A stretch of DNA of 33,549 bases from Candidatus Colwellbacteria bacterium (GCA_030700125.1 JAUYKE010000003.1:1-33549), one strand, 5' to 3'; positions 17,696-26,616 are shown, numbered from the stretch's first letter. Numbers and translations: made by a program. Notes: a model not told the origin generated them from the letters alone.

Positions 17696-19915
17696 TCATG
17701 ACCGACGGTCGGGTCTATGATTAGGACAAGTTTTATCACTGCACCTCTCAGGGATAGTTTTTGTCCCCTCCATCATTAAAGAGCCACAAAGCTCGCAGAT
17801 ATTTCCGGTTGGCTTTGCCTTAATCGCGTATTTGCATTGAGGGTAATTAGAGCAGCTATAAAAAACTCCGTAGCGTCCTCTCTTTTCAACCATCTCTCCT
17901 CCGCCAGCTGGCGGACCGCACTTGGGACACTTCACGCCCGTGCTTGATTTGAGAGCTTCAGCCCCATCTTTCTTAATGTATTTACACTTCGGATAATTAC
18001 TGCAAGAAATAAATTTTCCATATCGTCCTTCCCGCTCTACTAATTTTCCGCCACACTCGGGGCAGGCCTCCCCAGTTTCTTTGGGACCTTCAAGCTCCCG
18101 GCCATCAAACGTTCGCGCGCCGGCGCACTCGGGAAACTTCTTACAGCTCAAGAATTTTCCGGCTCTGCCGAGCTTAATGACCATTCCCGACCCGCAAATA
18201 GGACATTTGAATTCTGGATCTGCCTCCCCTAGATTAGTTGCTTTCTCCAGCTTTTCTTTCGCTTTTACCTCTTTAGAGAACGGTCCGTAAAAGCTTTTAA
18301 GAGTAGCAACATACTCTCTTTTGCCTTGGGCAATTTCATCAAGTTCATCTTCCATCTCGGCAGTAAATGAATCACTAATATACTTAGCAAAGTTTTGCTC
18401 TAGAAAATCGCTCACGACTTCTCCGGTGTCAGTCGGTTTCAGGGATCGGCTGATTTTTTCTACGTATCCGCGGTCAAAGATAGTTTTGATTATCGCGGCA
18501 TAGGTGCTCGGCCTGCCAATTCCTCTTTTTTCCAGCTCTTTCACTAAACCGGCCTCACTATATCTTGGCGGCGGCTCGGTTTGCTTTTTTTCATCGTCTA
18601 ACCGAACGAGGGTAATGATTTCCCTCTCTTTTACGCGGGGGAGCTCAACTTCTTCTCCTCGAGCTTGCGGGTCAGATGCTAGCCATCCCGGAAAGACAAT
18701 AATATTCCCAGTAGTAGAAAAGTCAGGAATGCTTGCCCCGTGGTCCGACGAATCAACGTTGGCCGATATTTTGGTTCTCAAAATTTTGGCTGCTGCCATC
18801 TGCGAAGCGATTGTCCTCTGCCAAATAAGCTCATAAAGTTTTATTTCATCGCTCCTTGCGCCGGCCCCCTTTTTACTGATATCCGTTGGCCGAATGGCTT
18901 CGTGCGCTTCCTGTGCCACTTTACTTTTGGTAGTGTAGCGGCGGGGGAGTAGATATTCTTTACCGAAAGCACTCGCTATCTCTTGGTGAATTTCATGCAC
19001 GGCGTCGGAACTGATATTAAAGCTGTCGGTTCTCATATAACTAATGAGTCCCTGTTCATAAAGCTTTTGGGCAATGACCATCGTTCGAGCGGGAGAGAAT
19101 CCCAAGCGGGAACTCGCCGCTTGTTGAAGAGTCGAGGTAATGAATGGAGGACGAGGATTTCGTTCCGCCTCCGTCTGCTTAACTTCAATTATTCTCCATT
19201 TATTCTCCCTCGCCTCCTTTAAAATCCTCTCCGCTTCTTTTTCGCTCGTCGGCCTCTCTTCGCAAGTTAAAAGCAAAGCATGCCCTTCATCGGTTTTAAA
19301 TTCACCGGCGATCACCCAATAATCCTCTGGCACAAATGCGCGTATTTCCCGCTCCCGCTCAGCAAGGATTCTAAGCGCCGGCGACTGAACTCTTCCGGCA
19401 GATAGCCCATACCTTACTTTCTTCCAAATAAGCTCGCTTAACTCATAGCCAACCAGGCGATCAAGCACTCGGCGCGCTTCCTGCGCCTTTCTCAAATTCT
19501 CGTCAATATCCCGAGGGTTTTTCAGCGCCTCCTCAATTGCTTTCTTGGTAATCTCATGAATTACCAGCCGCTTGATAATCGGTAATTTTACATTTTGATT
19601 TTTAATTTTTGATTTCTCAAGTCCCAAGACTTGAGTGATGTGCCAGGCAATTGCTTCACCTTCGCGGTCAGGGTCAGTAGTTAGTAAAATCTCACTCGCA
19701 TTTTTAGCTGCCCTCTTTAGATCCTCTATAATTTTTTCTTTACCTTTAGCAATCTCATAGTGGGGGATAAATCCGCCGGAGATATCAATCGCTTTTTTAT
19801 TACTCTTTGGCAAGTCACGAACGTGGCCAACGCTTGCGCGGACCTCGTATCCTTTACCTAGGTACTTAGATATGGTTTTAGCTTTTGTAGGACTCTCAAC
19901 GATAATTAATTTCAT
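17696..19915 (-). CDS. topA: DNA topoisomerase I (type IA) with C-terminal Zn ribbons
   Basis: IVESPTKAKTI, DPDREGEAI, SAGRVQS, LISYMRTDS, AHEAIRPT, GIGRPSTY and repeated CPxCG ribbons. Confidence 0.98.
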   Translation of the reverse strand: MKLIIVESPTKAKTISKYLGKGYEVRASVGHVRDLPKSNKKAIDISGGFIPHYEIAKGKEKIIEDLKRAAKNASEILLTTDPDREGEAIAWHITQVLGLEKSKIKNQNVKLPIIKRLVIHEITKKAIEEALKNPRDIDENLRKAQEARRVLDRLVGYELSELIWKKVRYGLSAGRVQSPALRILAEREREIRAFVPEDYWVIAGEFKTDEGHALLLTCEERPTSEKEAERILKEARENKWRIIEVKQTEAERNPRPPFITSTLQQAASSRLGFSPARTMVIAQKLYEQGLISYMRTDSFNISSDAVHEIHQEIASAFGKEYLLPRRYTTKSKVAQEAHEAIRPTDISKKGAGARSDEIKLYELIWQRTIASQMAAAKILRTKISANVDSSDHGASIPDFSTTGNIIVFPGWLASDPQARGEEVELPRVKEREIITLVRLDDEKKQTEPPPRYSEAGLVKELEKRGIGRPSTYAAIIKTIFDRGYVEKISRSLKPTDTGEVVSDFLEQNFAKYISDSFTAEMEDELDEIAQGKREYVATLKSFYGPFSKEVKAKEKLEKATNLGEADPEFKCPICGSGMVIKLGRAGKFLSCKKFPECAGARTFDGRELEGPKETGEACPECGGKLVEREGRYGKFISCSNYPKCKYIKKDGAEALKSSTGVKCPKCGPPAGGGEMVEKRGRYGVFYSCSNYPQCKYAIKAKPTGNICELCGSLMMEGTKTIPERCSDKTCPNHRPDRRS
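17900..17915. repeat. 16-bp perfect palindrome TCCGCCAGCTGGCGGA, in-frame in topA (PPAGG)
   Basis: Adds 5 aa after CPKCG relative to the sister ribbons CPICGSGMV and CPECGGKLV; CCGC direct repeats lie 15 nt apart. Confidence 0.7.
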
Positions 19916-20783
19916 ATTTCCCGCTCGCTTCCCTAATTAACCCTTTAAGTAATAGAACAGTAAGTGTCTGGTTCACTACTTGGGGTTCAAGCTTAGCCAA
20001 GGAAGCAATTCTGTCAATATAAATGGGCCCGCCAACCTCCTTTATAACTTTGAAAATTAATCCCTCGTTACCGTCGAGCCGTAGCTCTAGATCCTCATTT
20101 TTAATTCCTAGCTCCTCCATTCCTGTTTCTTGCAATAATCCAAGATCTTCGAGAATATCCGCCGCTTTTGCAATCAAAATTGCTCCATCTCTTATAAGGG
20201 CATGAGAACCAACGTAATTAGGATGAGTTACCGGCCCGGGAAGGACAAAGACACTTCGTCCCTGCTCGGCGGCAAAGCCAGCCGTTGCGAGCGCCCCGGA
20301 TTTAGTCGGGGCTTCGATAACTACGACCGCTACCGACAGCCCGCTTATAATTCGGTTACGGTGAATAAAATTCTGCTTAAATGAAGGCTCACCTGGCGGA
20401 TATTCCGAGATAATGGCTCCGCCGGTTTTGAGAATCTCTTCGGCTACCTTTTCGTTTTGGGCCGGATAAATTTCGTTAATCCCGTTGCCTAAAACTGCTA
20501 TCGTTCTACCTCCTATGCTAAGCGCTCCCCGATGAGCGGCAGTATCAATCCCCATCGCCAGCCCGCTTACTATAGTGATGCCTTGCCTTGCGAGTCTTGC
20601 CGCTATCTCTTCAGCCATTCCTATCCCAGCGGCGGTGGCTTTTCTGGTGCCCACAATGGCAACCGCCGGAATTGCGCTTCCGGGAAGCATCCCACGAAGA
20701 TGAATTTGCTTCGGCGGATTCTGGATCTCTTTCAGAAGAGACGGATAGTCCTCATTATTGATATCAATAGTTTGGAAATTCAT
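19896..20783 (-). CDS. dprA: DNA-processing protein DprA/Smf
   Basis: AIVGTRKAT, IVSGLAMGID, RNRIISGLS, SGALATA, a C-terminal wHTH, and dprA-topA synteny. Confidence 0.96.
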   Translation of the reverse strand: MNFQTIDINNEDYPSLLKEIQNPPKQIHLRGMLPGSAIPAVAIVGTRKATAAGIGMAEEIAARLARQGITIVSGLAMGIDTAAHRGALSIGGRTIAVLGNGINEIYPAQNEKVAEEILKTGGAIISEYPPGEPSFKQNFIHRNRIISGLSVAVVVIEAPTKSGALATAGFAAEQGRSVFVLPGPVTHPNYVGSHALIRDGAILIAKAADILEDLGLLQETGMEELGIKNEDLELRLDGNEGLIFKVIKEVGGPIYIDRIASLAKLEPQVVNQTLTVLLLKGLIREASGKYEINYR

Positions 20784-20786
20784 TTC

Positions 20787-20808
20787 ATGGTGAGCTTGTC
20801 GAGTCCAT
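20787..20808 (+). repeat. Degenerate TGAGCTTGTCGA-family palindrome in the dprA leader
   Basis: ATGG-TGAGCTTGTCGAGT-CCAT shares its 12-nt core with the 25475-25494 copy. Confidence 0.6.
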
Positions 20809-20858
20809 TATAAGTGAGTGGCAATCGGGATGCTTTTAATATATCATAACTGTAATTA

Positions 20859-21380
20859 ATGACTCGCGACTTTAGAAAACGCCTCACAATTAGTGTCGCC
20901 GTCGCCGCCGGAATTACTGTAGCTCTCCTCTCACTCTTGTTTCTTGTTGGTCGAGACGTTCAGAGCCAAGCGGGCAATATCAAATCCGCGAAAGACGGTT
21001 TAAAAACCCGAGTCCAACAGCTAAATGACTTGGCTCGACTAAGGGAAGAAGCCAAACTAGCTGAGCCAGATCTAGCTAAATTGAGACAGATCGTTCCCCA
21101 GCGAGATGAACTTTTCTCCGTTCGGCGCGAGCTGGAGCAATTAGCCAGCAATAACAATCTTGCCGTTAGCTTCACCTTTGGCAGTGAGAACCCGAAGGAA
21201 GATAATTTAGGGAGCATTAATTTTGAGCTTAAACTCCAGGGCGGCGAATATGAAGTGGGAAGCTTTATTAATCAAGTTGAATCAAGGTATCCTTTTGTGA
21301 GAATCAGCTCCCTGGACATGGTGCGCCAGGAGAATAAGTTTAGCTCTACGCTCGGGGGAAAGATTCTATTTAACGAATGA
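20859..21380 (+). CDS. PilO-like type IV pilus assembly protein
   Basis: N-terminal TM, coiled coil, then a ferredoxin-like pattern (ELEQLASNNNL...FINQVES..PFVRISSLDM). Confidence 0.65.
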   Translation: MTRDFRKRLTISVAVAAGITVALLSLLFLVGRDVQSQAGNIKSAKDGLKTRVQQLNDLARLREEAKLAEPDLAKLRQIVPQRDELFSVRRELEQLASNNNLAVSFTFGSENPKEDNLGSINFELKLQGGEYEVGSFINQVESRYPFVRISSLDMVRQENKFSSTLGGKILFNE

Positions 21381-21568
21381 AAAAATTATCTCAAGATATA
21401 ACTTTCCTCATTATCGGGGTAGTGCTTCTTATCTTTACCATCGGAGGCATTATTTACTTCATTGGATTTTTGAGTAATAATATCTTCTCGGCGCTCGCCC
21501 CAGGCCAAGATAACGGCGCAATAATCAAATTTGATTCAGAGGGTTTTGAATCACTTGGGATAGAGTAG
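21377..21568 (+). CDS. Small single-TM hypothetical protein
   Basis: ATGA overlap with the upstream gene; one hydrophobic helix. Confidence 0.65.
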   Translation: MKKLSQDITFLIIGVVLLIFTIGGIIYFIGFLSNNIFSALAPGQDNGAIIKFDSEGFESLGIE

Positions 21569-21604
21569 GCCTGCCCCGTGGTGAGCGGAGCGAATTTTAC
21601 GGGG
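21569..21604 (+). repeat. GCCTGCCCCGTG...TTTTACGGGG hairpin repeat abutting tRNA-Ile
   Basis: CCCCGT/ACGGGG stem; both ends are shared with the minus-strand copy at 27451-27484. Confidence 0.7.
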
Positions 21605-21677
21605 GCGCGTAGTTCAGTGGTAGAACGCTATCCTGATAAGATAGAAGTCGTAGGTTCGATCCCTACCGCGCCCACCA
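21603..21677 (+). tRNA. tRNA-Ile(GAT)
   Basis: GGGCGCG/CGCGCCC acceptor stem, CTATC-CTGATAA-GATAG anticodon arm, GTTCGAT T-loop, encoded CCA. Confidence 0.97.
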
Positions 21678-21732
21678 AAACCATACTTTTCGGTTTTTCG
21701 GAGGCCATTTATTAAGCAGCGCCCTGCTCCGT

Positions 21733-23679
21733 CTAAGAACCGGCTCCCAATACAATCCTGAAAGGACTATCGCTTGAGTCGCAATTTTTCGAAGCGGTTT
21801 GGGTTTGACAAACTTGAACCGTGTACGAACCATCAGGAGCAACACCACCAGTTCCAGTGCCGAGAGCTTCCAAATACTCACCTACCGACCAGCTGTACGA
21901 AGAATCAGACACGCCTCTCACGCCTTTTGCAATCGTATACGGTCCTGCAATAGGGTACCTGGGAGGAGGATAGACGCCCGTGTACGCCGTCGGATAGTTA
22001 GGAATTAACTTGATGTCATAGTATCTCGGCGCAGGCATTATTCTTATACAGTATGTCCCAACTGGGCATGGCGGAATGGGCGTGCTGTCGTACCATTTGA
22101 TTGTTTGTGTTGTGCCTTTTGTCCAAGTTTCTCCACCGTTCGGTGAAAGGACAGTGATAGATGATTGAAGAGAGCTGTCTACGTCTACCGTGAACACATG
22201 CTCATCACTCCCGCCTCGGCAGTCGCTTACTGTTGCTTTTACTGTGTACGTTCCTGCATTTGCCCATGCGTGAGATGCATTGAAAGTCCATACTTGTTTG
22301 TTCTGCGGATTTGGCGATTGACACGCTCCTGCAACTCCGGTTCCATCACCCCACGATATTGACCACGAGAGATTGTCGCCGTCAGCGTCAGTCGCGCCCA
22401 AACCGAACAAAACGGATTGATTGACTTTGATGTTATCAGTGGGAATTTGGGAGATCCTGTTGATGACGGGAGGAGAGTTTGTGCCCACTCCGTCGCTTAC
22501 ACTAACACTAACGCTTGTTTGGGCAGAAAGACCGCCATTGTCCGTGACTGTAAATGCGGGAGTGTACGTGCTAGTTTTTGGATAGACGTGAGTAAATGTT
22601 GCGGTTTGCGCTACAACTCCACTTGCTGAAGGAACCGCGCGCTCTGCAATACCGACACCAGCAACTTCATCCCCCCAGACTACCGAGTATGTAAGAGGTC
22701 CCTGTTCCGGATCAGAAGCTTTTACTTCCCACTTTCCAATCTCGCCAACCTTAAGAACGCTTGGGCCGGAAACGCCGCTGATGGTTGGAGGGAGATTACT
22801 GGCATTCCCACTTACAATCGTGAAGTAGTTATCACTTGAGTCACAGATCGTGGATCCGGTTTGGCAAATTTGAATCGTGTATGGGCCATCGGGCGCGATC
22901 CTACCTGCTGGGATCTCACCTACTGACCATCTATATGAGGTACCGTATCCACCGTATACATTGTTGACAATCGGATACGGCGCAATGCGCAGATAGCGAG
23001 GGGCTAACTTGATGTCGTAGTATCTCGCCGGGGGAGGGGGAGATCCAGAGAGTACCTCACCAGCTGGGCGTGACAGCACGCCGTCTCGCCATGTGATCGT
23101 CTGCGTCGTTCCCTTTGTCCATGTTTCGCCACCGTTTGGTGAAAGGACAGTAAGTCTGTCGGTCGGGAGTATTGGTGGAGGACATATGATAATTATTTTT
23201 GCGCGTGTTTGTGGACCTACAATGCCATAACCTGTTGTCGCAGGACTTCCAGAAGAAATAACCCCTTGCTTTGCTTGCCAGCGCTGCACCGCTTTTTCGG
23301 TAAGCTCACCATAGTATCCTGTTATGAGTCTTTCTGGATATACGGTTGGGTCCTCGGCTAGTATTTTCTGCAGTTTCGTCACCTCTCCTCCAGTTCCTTT
23401 GTCGTTTACGCCGCGATAAAGAGTGTACAAGAACACGGGACGACACCCTGGAAGAACTGACGGCGGTTCCGGCTCAGTCGGACTTGTGCCGCCCAACTGC
23501 TGCTGCAGAAGTTTAATCCGCGCTTGCAACTGTTCGACTTGTTCCTGCAGCTGTTGAATGGTGTGCGCAGTAGTATGATCAGCTGCGGCAAGATGGGGAA
23601 CAGAGAAACTGACTCCCAAAACCACGAAAATAAACAGCAATGATAATGTTAATAGTTTTATTTGATTGTTCACATTCAT
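21733..23679 (-). CDS. Secreted surface protein: signal/TM, coiled coil, PG_binding_1-like domain, two SPNGGE Ig-like repeats flanking two PKD-like domains
   Basis: GEVTKLQKIL..TGYYGELTEKAVQRWQ..GIVGPQTR; two WGD..H motifs; duplicated TVLSPNGGETWTKGTTQTI.W. Confidence 0.85.
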   Translation of the reverse strand: MNVNNQIKLLTLSLLFIFVVLGVSFSVPHLAAADHTTAHTIQQLQEQVEQLQARIKLLQQQLGGTSPTEPEPPSVLPGCRPVFLYTLYRGVNDKGTGGEVTKLQKILAEDPTVYPERLITGYYGELTEKAVQRWQAKQGVISSGSPATTGYGIVGPQTRAKIIIICPPPILPTDRLTVLSPNGGETWTKGTTQTITWRDGVLSRPAGEVLSGSPPPPARYYDIKLAPRYLRIAPYPIVNNVYGGYGTSYRWSVGEIPAGRIAPDGPYTIQICQTGSTICDSSDNYFTIVSGNASNLPPTISGVSGPSVLKVGEIGKWEVKASDPEQGPLTYSVVWGDEVAGVGIAERAVPSASGVVAQTATFTHVYPKTSTYTPAFTVTDNGGLSAQTSVSVSVSDGVGTNSPPVINRISQIPTDNIKVNQSVLFGLGATDADGDNLSWSISWGDGTGVAGACQSPNPQNKQVWTFNASHAWANAGTYTVKATVSDCRGGSDEHVFTVDVDSSLQSSITVLSPNGGETWTKGTTQTIKWYDSTPIPPCPVGTYCIRIMPAPRYYDIKLIPNYPTAYTGVYPPPRYPIAGPYTIAKGVRGVSDSSYSWSVGEYLEALGTGTGGVAPDGSYTVQVCQTQTASKNCDSSDSPFRIVLGAGS

Positions 23680-23738
23680 AAATAGCTAAATTTTACTTGC
23701 GACCTATTACTGAAATAATACAATACAATACAATATAA

Positions 23739-23814
23739 ATAGTATCCACTAAAGATTTTGACGAGGCGCGTAAAAGAGAGCTATATTTAAAATCCGCTGC
23801 TGATAGAAAGTTTT
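23739..23814 (+). pseudogene. C-terminal relic of a small GIY-YIG nuclease
   Basis: Frame 23739 reads IVSTKDFDEARKRELYLKSAADRKF, resembling the EARKRExYLKSxxGR tail of small GIY-YIG proteins. It is preceded by TAA and has no N-terminal GIY-YIG motif. Confidence 0.55.
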
Positions 23815-23886
23815 GGGCGATTAGTTCAGTGGTAGAATGCTTCCTCGACACGGAAGAGGTCGCTGGTTCGATCCCAGCATCGCCCA
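23815..23886 (+). tRNA. tRNA-Val(GAC)
   Basis: GGGCGAT/ATCGCCC acceptor stem, CTTCC-TCGACAC-GGAAG anticodon arm, GTTCGAT T-loop; no CCA. Confidence 0.96.
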
Positions 23887-23899
23887 CATAATAGTTTCT

Positions 23900-24955
23900 A
23901 TGCACTACACCGAAATTACCGACCAGTTTAGAGCAGATTTTTTCAAGCTCACTGACGAAGCCAAAAGCATTTGCATCACTGCCCATATGTCAGCGGACGA
24001 GGATGCGATTGCCTCTGCTCTCGCAACTTACCGCCTGCTTTCGGATAAATATCCGGGAAAAAACATTCAAATCATCTATACGGGCGAACCAAATAATAGA
24101 TTCCGGCCGTTTGAGAATTTTGAAAAAATCCAGTTTGTGCCGGATCTTTCAGATTATCTTGATAAATTTGACCTCGCTATATTACTCGATGGAGGCAATT
24201 ATCACCGCTTCATCTCAAAGCCAGACAAACTGAAAGAATTCCCAGGTAAGAAAATCTGTATTGACCATCACAGCTCGCCGCCGGATAAATTTGATCTCGC
24301 TCTTATTGCTCCTCAAATTCCATCCACCGCTGAGATTATTTACCTTATCTTCTATAAGAACGCCCCGATAAATAAGCCATTAGCCGAGATTTTTCTTTTG
24401 GGCATTCTCGGCGACACCGGCAATTTCTCTTATTTGAAGCCCGACCAGACAGAAACTTTCCTTACGGCAAAAAGATTAGTAGAAGAAAGCGGGATAGAAA
24501 TTGCCGCCCTACAATCCCGTTATCGCACCCTTGAACCGGAGATTTTAACCGCTCTTGGTGAGCTAATTAAAAATACTAGCTATCACAAGATTGATAATTG
24601 GCCTCCTCTCCAGGCAAGTTTTCTAGGTCGCACTTTTGCTGAGGACAACAGTCTTTCAGATAGACAAATAGGCGAAGCGGCGGAACTCTACACCGTTTTC
24701 TTCATCAGGTCCGTCGTGGGTTTCAGTTGGGGTTTTACTATACGGCCGAAGAGTAATGGGGAATGCAATATCTCCCTTAGATCTTTACCCGGAAGCGTCA
24801 ATGTCCGTGAGCTAGCAGAGCGAATGGGGGTTGGCGGTGGGCATGATCGGGCCGCTGGTGGGACGTTCAAGGAAAAGGGTAAAGTCTTGGATTCAAAGGA
24901 GTGCCTCGATAAAGTTCTTGATTGGATAAATAAGAATGAACCAGTCATCGGTTAG
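23900..24955 (+). CDS. DHH/DHHA1 phosphoesterase (NrnA-like)
   Basis: H..ADEDAIAS, ILLDG, IDHH, GILGDTGNF, SLRS and GGGHDRAAG motifs; start set at ATG 23900, after the tRNA. Confidence 0.92.
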   Translation: MHYTEITDQFRADFFKLTDEAKSICITAHMSADEDAIASALATYRLLSDKYPGKNIQIIYTGEPNNRFRPFENFEKIQFVPDLSDYLDKFDLAILLDGGNYHRFISKPDKLKEFPGKKICIDHHSSPPDKFDLALIAPQIPSTAEIIYLIFYKNAPINKPLAEIFLLGILGDTGNFSYLKPDQTETFLTAKRLVEESGIEIAALQSRYRTLEPEILTALGELIKNTSYHKIDNWPPLQASFLGRTFAEDNSLSDRQIGEAAELYTVFFIRSVVGFSWGFTIRPKSNGECNISLRSLPGSVNVRELAERMGVGGGHDRAAGGTFKEKGKVLDSKECLDKVLDWINKNEPVIG

Positions 24956-25045
24956 AAAATAGAATCTAGAATCTAGAAAATAGAAGTATTTGTAAATTGA
25001 ATCATTGAAAATTCAATGAAAATTGAGAAATGAAAATTGAAAATT
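24953..25045 (+). repeat. (TAGAANN)x5 array followed by a TGAAAAT-type array running into the RluA start
   Basis: TAGAAAA TAGAATC TAGAATC TAGAAAA TAGAAGT, then TGTAAAT TGAATCAT TGAAAAT TCAA TGAAAAT TGAGAAA TGAAAAT TGAAAAT. Confidence 0.8.
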
Positions 25046-25773
25046 CACTCTCTCCGCGAGTTATCTACGAGGACAAAAACTTCCTGGCACTTGATAAGCC
25101 GGCGGGGTTGCTAGTCCATCCAACAGCTAGCTCCAAGGAGCCCACTTTAGTTAACTGGCTTCTCAAGCGATATCCGGAAATGAAAAAAGTTGGAGATTCG
25201 GATCGACCGGGGATTGTTCACCGGCTGGATAGAGATACCTCCGGCATTATCCTTACAGCCAAAAATCAAAAATATTTTGAATATTTAAAAAATCTTTTTC
25301 AAACTCGCGCTATTAAGAAGACCTACCGGGCTTTAGTTTACGGTAAACTGACTCCTAAAAAAGGAATTATTGAAAAAGATATCAAGATAAGATCCGGCAC
25401 CACCAAACGCACGGTTTTTAAGGGTCGATCTGAAAAAGCGGCAGTTACGGAATACAAAGTGCTGAAGCACTTTGCCCTGAGCTTGTCGAATGGGTCACAG
25501 TCGTACTTCAGCTGGGTAGAGATAAAACCGCTTACCGGCCGTACCCATCAAATTAGGGTTCATCTCGCCTCCATCGGTCACTCGGTAGTAGGGGATAAAC
25601 TCTATGGTCCCAAGAAATCTAAGGAAGTCGGACTTCCTAATGCTAACCGCCAATTTCTCCATGCCTATTCATTGGAATTCAGTCCTTCTCCGGGTAAACG
25701 ATTAAAATTAGCTGCCGACTTACCGGCAGACATAAAAGAGGTTTTACGAAACCTAAAAGTTGCAAAACATTAA
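25030..25773 (+). CDS. RluA-family pseudouridine synthase (no S4 domain)
   Basis: DKPAGLLVHP, HRLDRDTSG, TGRTHQIRVH, GDKLYG and FLHA motifs. Confidence 0.95.
   Translation: MKIENSLSPRVIYEDKNFLALDKPAGLLVHPTASSKEPTLVNWLLKRYPEMKKVGDSDRPGIVHRLDRDTSGIILTAKNQKYFEYLKNLFQTRAIKKTYRALVYGKLTPKKGIIEKDIKIRSGTTKRTVFKGRSEKAAVTEYKVLKHFALSLSNGSQSYFSWVEIKPLTGRTHQIRVHLASIGHSVVGDKLYGPKKSKEVGLPNANRQFLHAYSLEFSPSPGKRLKLAADLPADIKEVLRNLKVAKH
25475..25494 (+). repeat. In-frame REP-like palindrome CCCTGAGCTTGTCGAATGGG (ALSLSNG)
   Basis: Same family as 14778-14796 and 28207-28225. Confidence 0.72.
25622..25638. repeat. In-frame palindrome AGGAAGTCGGACTTCCT (KEVGLP)
   Basis: 8-bp arms; CTAA direct repeats 18 nt apart. 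Confidence 0.6.
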
Positions 25774-25807
25774 GGAAGTCGCTAAACTGGATTGGCAATT
25801 CAAAGCT

Positions 25808-26107
25808 ATGATCGATGCAGAAACACTAAAAAAGTTGAAGCCTGGCACAAGAGTCAAGGTCCACGAAAAGCAGGGCTTTTTTGAGGGGATTGTTCTAGCG
25901 CGAAAGCACGGCACTGAACCGGGGGCCACTTTTACCGTGAGAGCTAAATTAGCTGACATTGGCGTTGAGAAGGTTTATCCGATTTATTCCCCCAACATCA
26001 AAAAACTAGAGATTCTAACTACTCCAAAAAGGAGAGTGAGGAGGGCTAAGCTTTATTATCTCCGCAATCTCCCCGAGAAAAAGATTAGACAAAAACTCGG
26101 AGTTTAA
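25808..26107 (+). CDS. rplS: 50S ribosomal protein L19
   Basis: FEGIVLARK, TFTVR, GVEKVYPIYSP and RVRRAKLYYLR motifs. Confidence 0.96.
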   Translation: MIDAETLKKLKPGTRVKVHEKQGFFEGIVLARKHGTEPGATFTVRAKLADIGVEKVYPIYSPNIKKLEILTTPKRRVRRAKLYYLRNLPEKKIRQKLGV

Positions 26108-26124
26108 TCAAAATAGTAGAGCGC

Positions 26125-26208
26125 GCGCGGGTGGTGAAATTGGTAGACACGCCACTTTGAGGGGGTGGTGCCCGCAAGGGCTTGGAGGTTCGAGTCCTCT
26201 CCCGCGCA
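26125..26208 (+). tRNA. tRNA-Leu(GAG)
   Basis: GCGCGGG/CCCGCGC acceptor stem, CCACT-TTGAGGG-GGTGG anticodon arm, long variable arm, GTTCGAG T-loop. Confidence 0.96.
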
Positions 26209-26259
26209 CAAGCAAATTTTGCTAATTAAAGGTCGTAAAATTAGATAAAATTTAATTCT

Positions 26260-26445
26260 ATGGAAGGACGCAAATCATTAGACTGTCGGCTTATGCCGAG
26301 TAAAAGTCAGTGCAATCTTTTTATGAGCGGCAGCGAAGAGCATCTCTTGCCGGCGGCAGTGGAGCACGCCGTAAATAAGCACGGCCACGAAGACACGCCG
26401 GAACTGCACGAGCAGATTAAAGGAATGATGAAAGACGAGGGGTAA
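26260..26445 (+). CDS. DUF1059-like small metal-binding protein
   Basis: DCR.MPS...C....G.EE.LL.AA.EHA...HGH..TPEL pattern. Confidence 0.75.
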   Translation: MEGRKSLDCRLMPSKSQCNLFMSGSEEHLLPAAVEHAVNKHGHEDTPELHEQIKGMMKDEG

Positions 26446-26471
26446 TTCTATTTAGAGGAGAAAAAAGTTAC

Positions 26472-26508
26472 CACACAAAAGCCCGCATCTTATGCGGGCT
26501 TTTGTGTG
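26472..26508. terminator. Bidirectional intrinsic terminator
   Basis: 17-bp perfect inverted repeat CACACAAAAGCCCGCAT/ATGCGGGCTTTTGTGTG. Confidence 0.8.
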
Positions 26509-26544
26509 ACGAGAAGCACTCCCCGCGCTATACTCCGCCCGCGT

Positions 26545-26572
26545 TTGACAAAACCTATTTTTCTGGTATCAT
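26545..26572 (+). promoter_or_regulatory. Sigma70-type promoter
   Basis: TTGACA-16 nt-TATCAT with a TG extension. Confidence 0.7.
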
Positions 26573-26616
26573 ATAGCCAGTTTTAGTTCTTCGACAACAA
26601 GAGATTGGGGGTTCTA

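Noticed and set aside
21750-23151. DGR template/variable repeat pair in the surface protein
   Set aside because: Differences are not adenine-specific, include indels and synonymous changes, both copies are coding, and there is no reverse transcriptase in the window.
21603-23886. Integrative element with attL/attR at the tRNAs
   Set aside because: No duplicated tRNA 3' end and no integrase; both tRNAs are complete and different.
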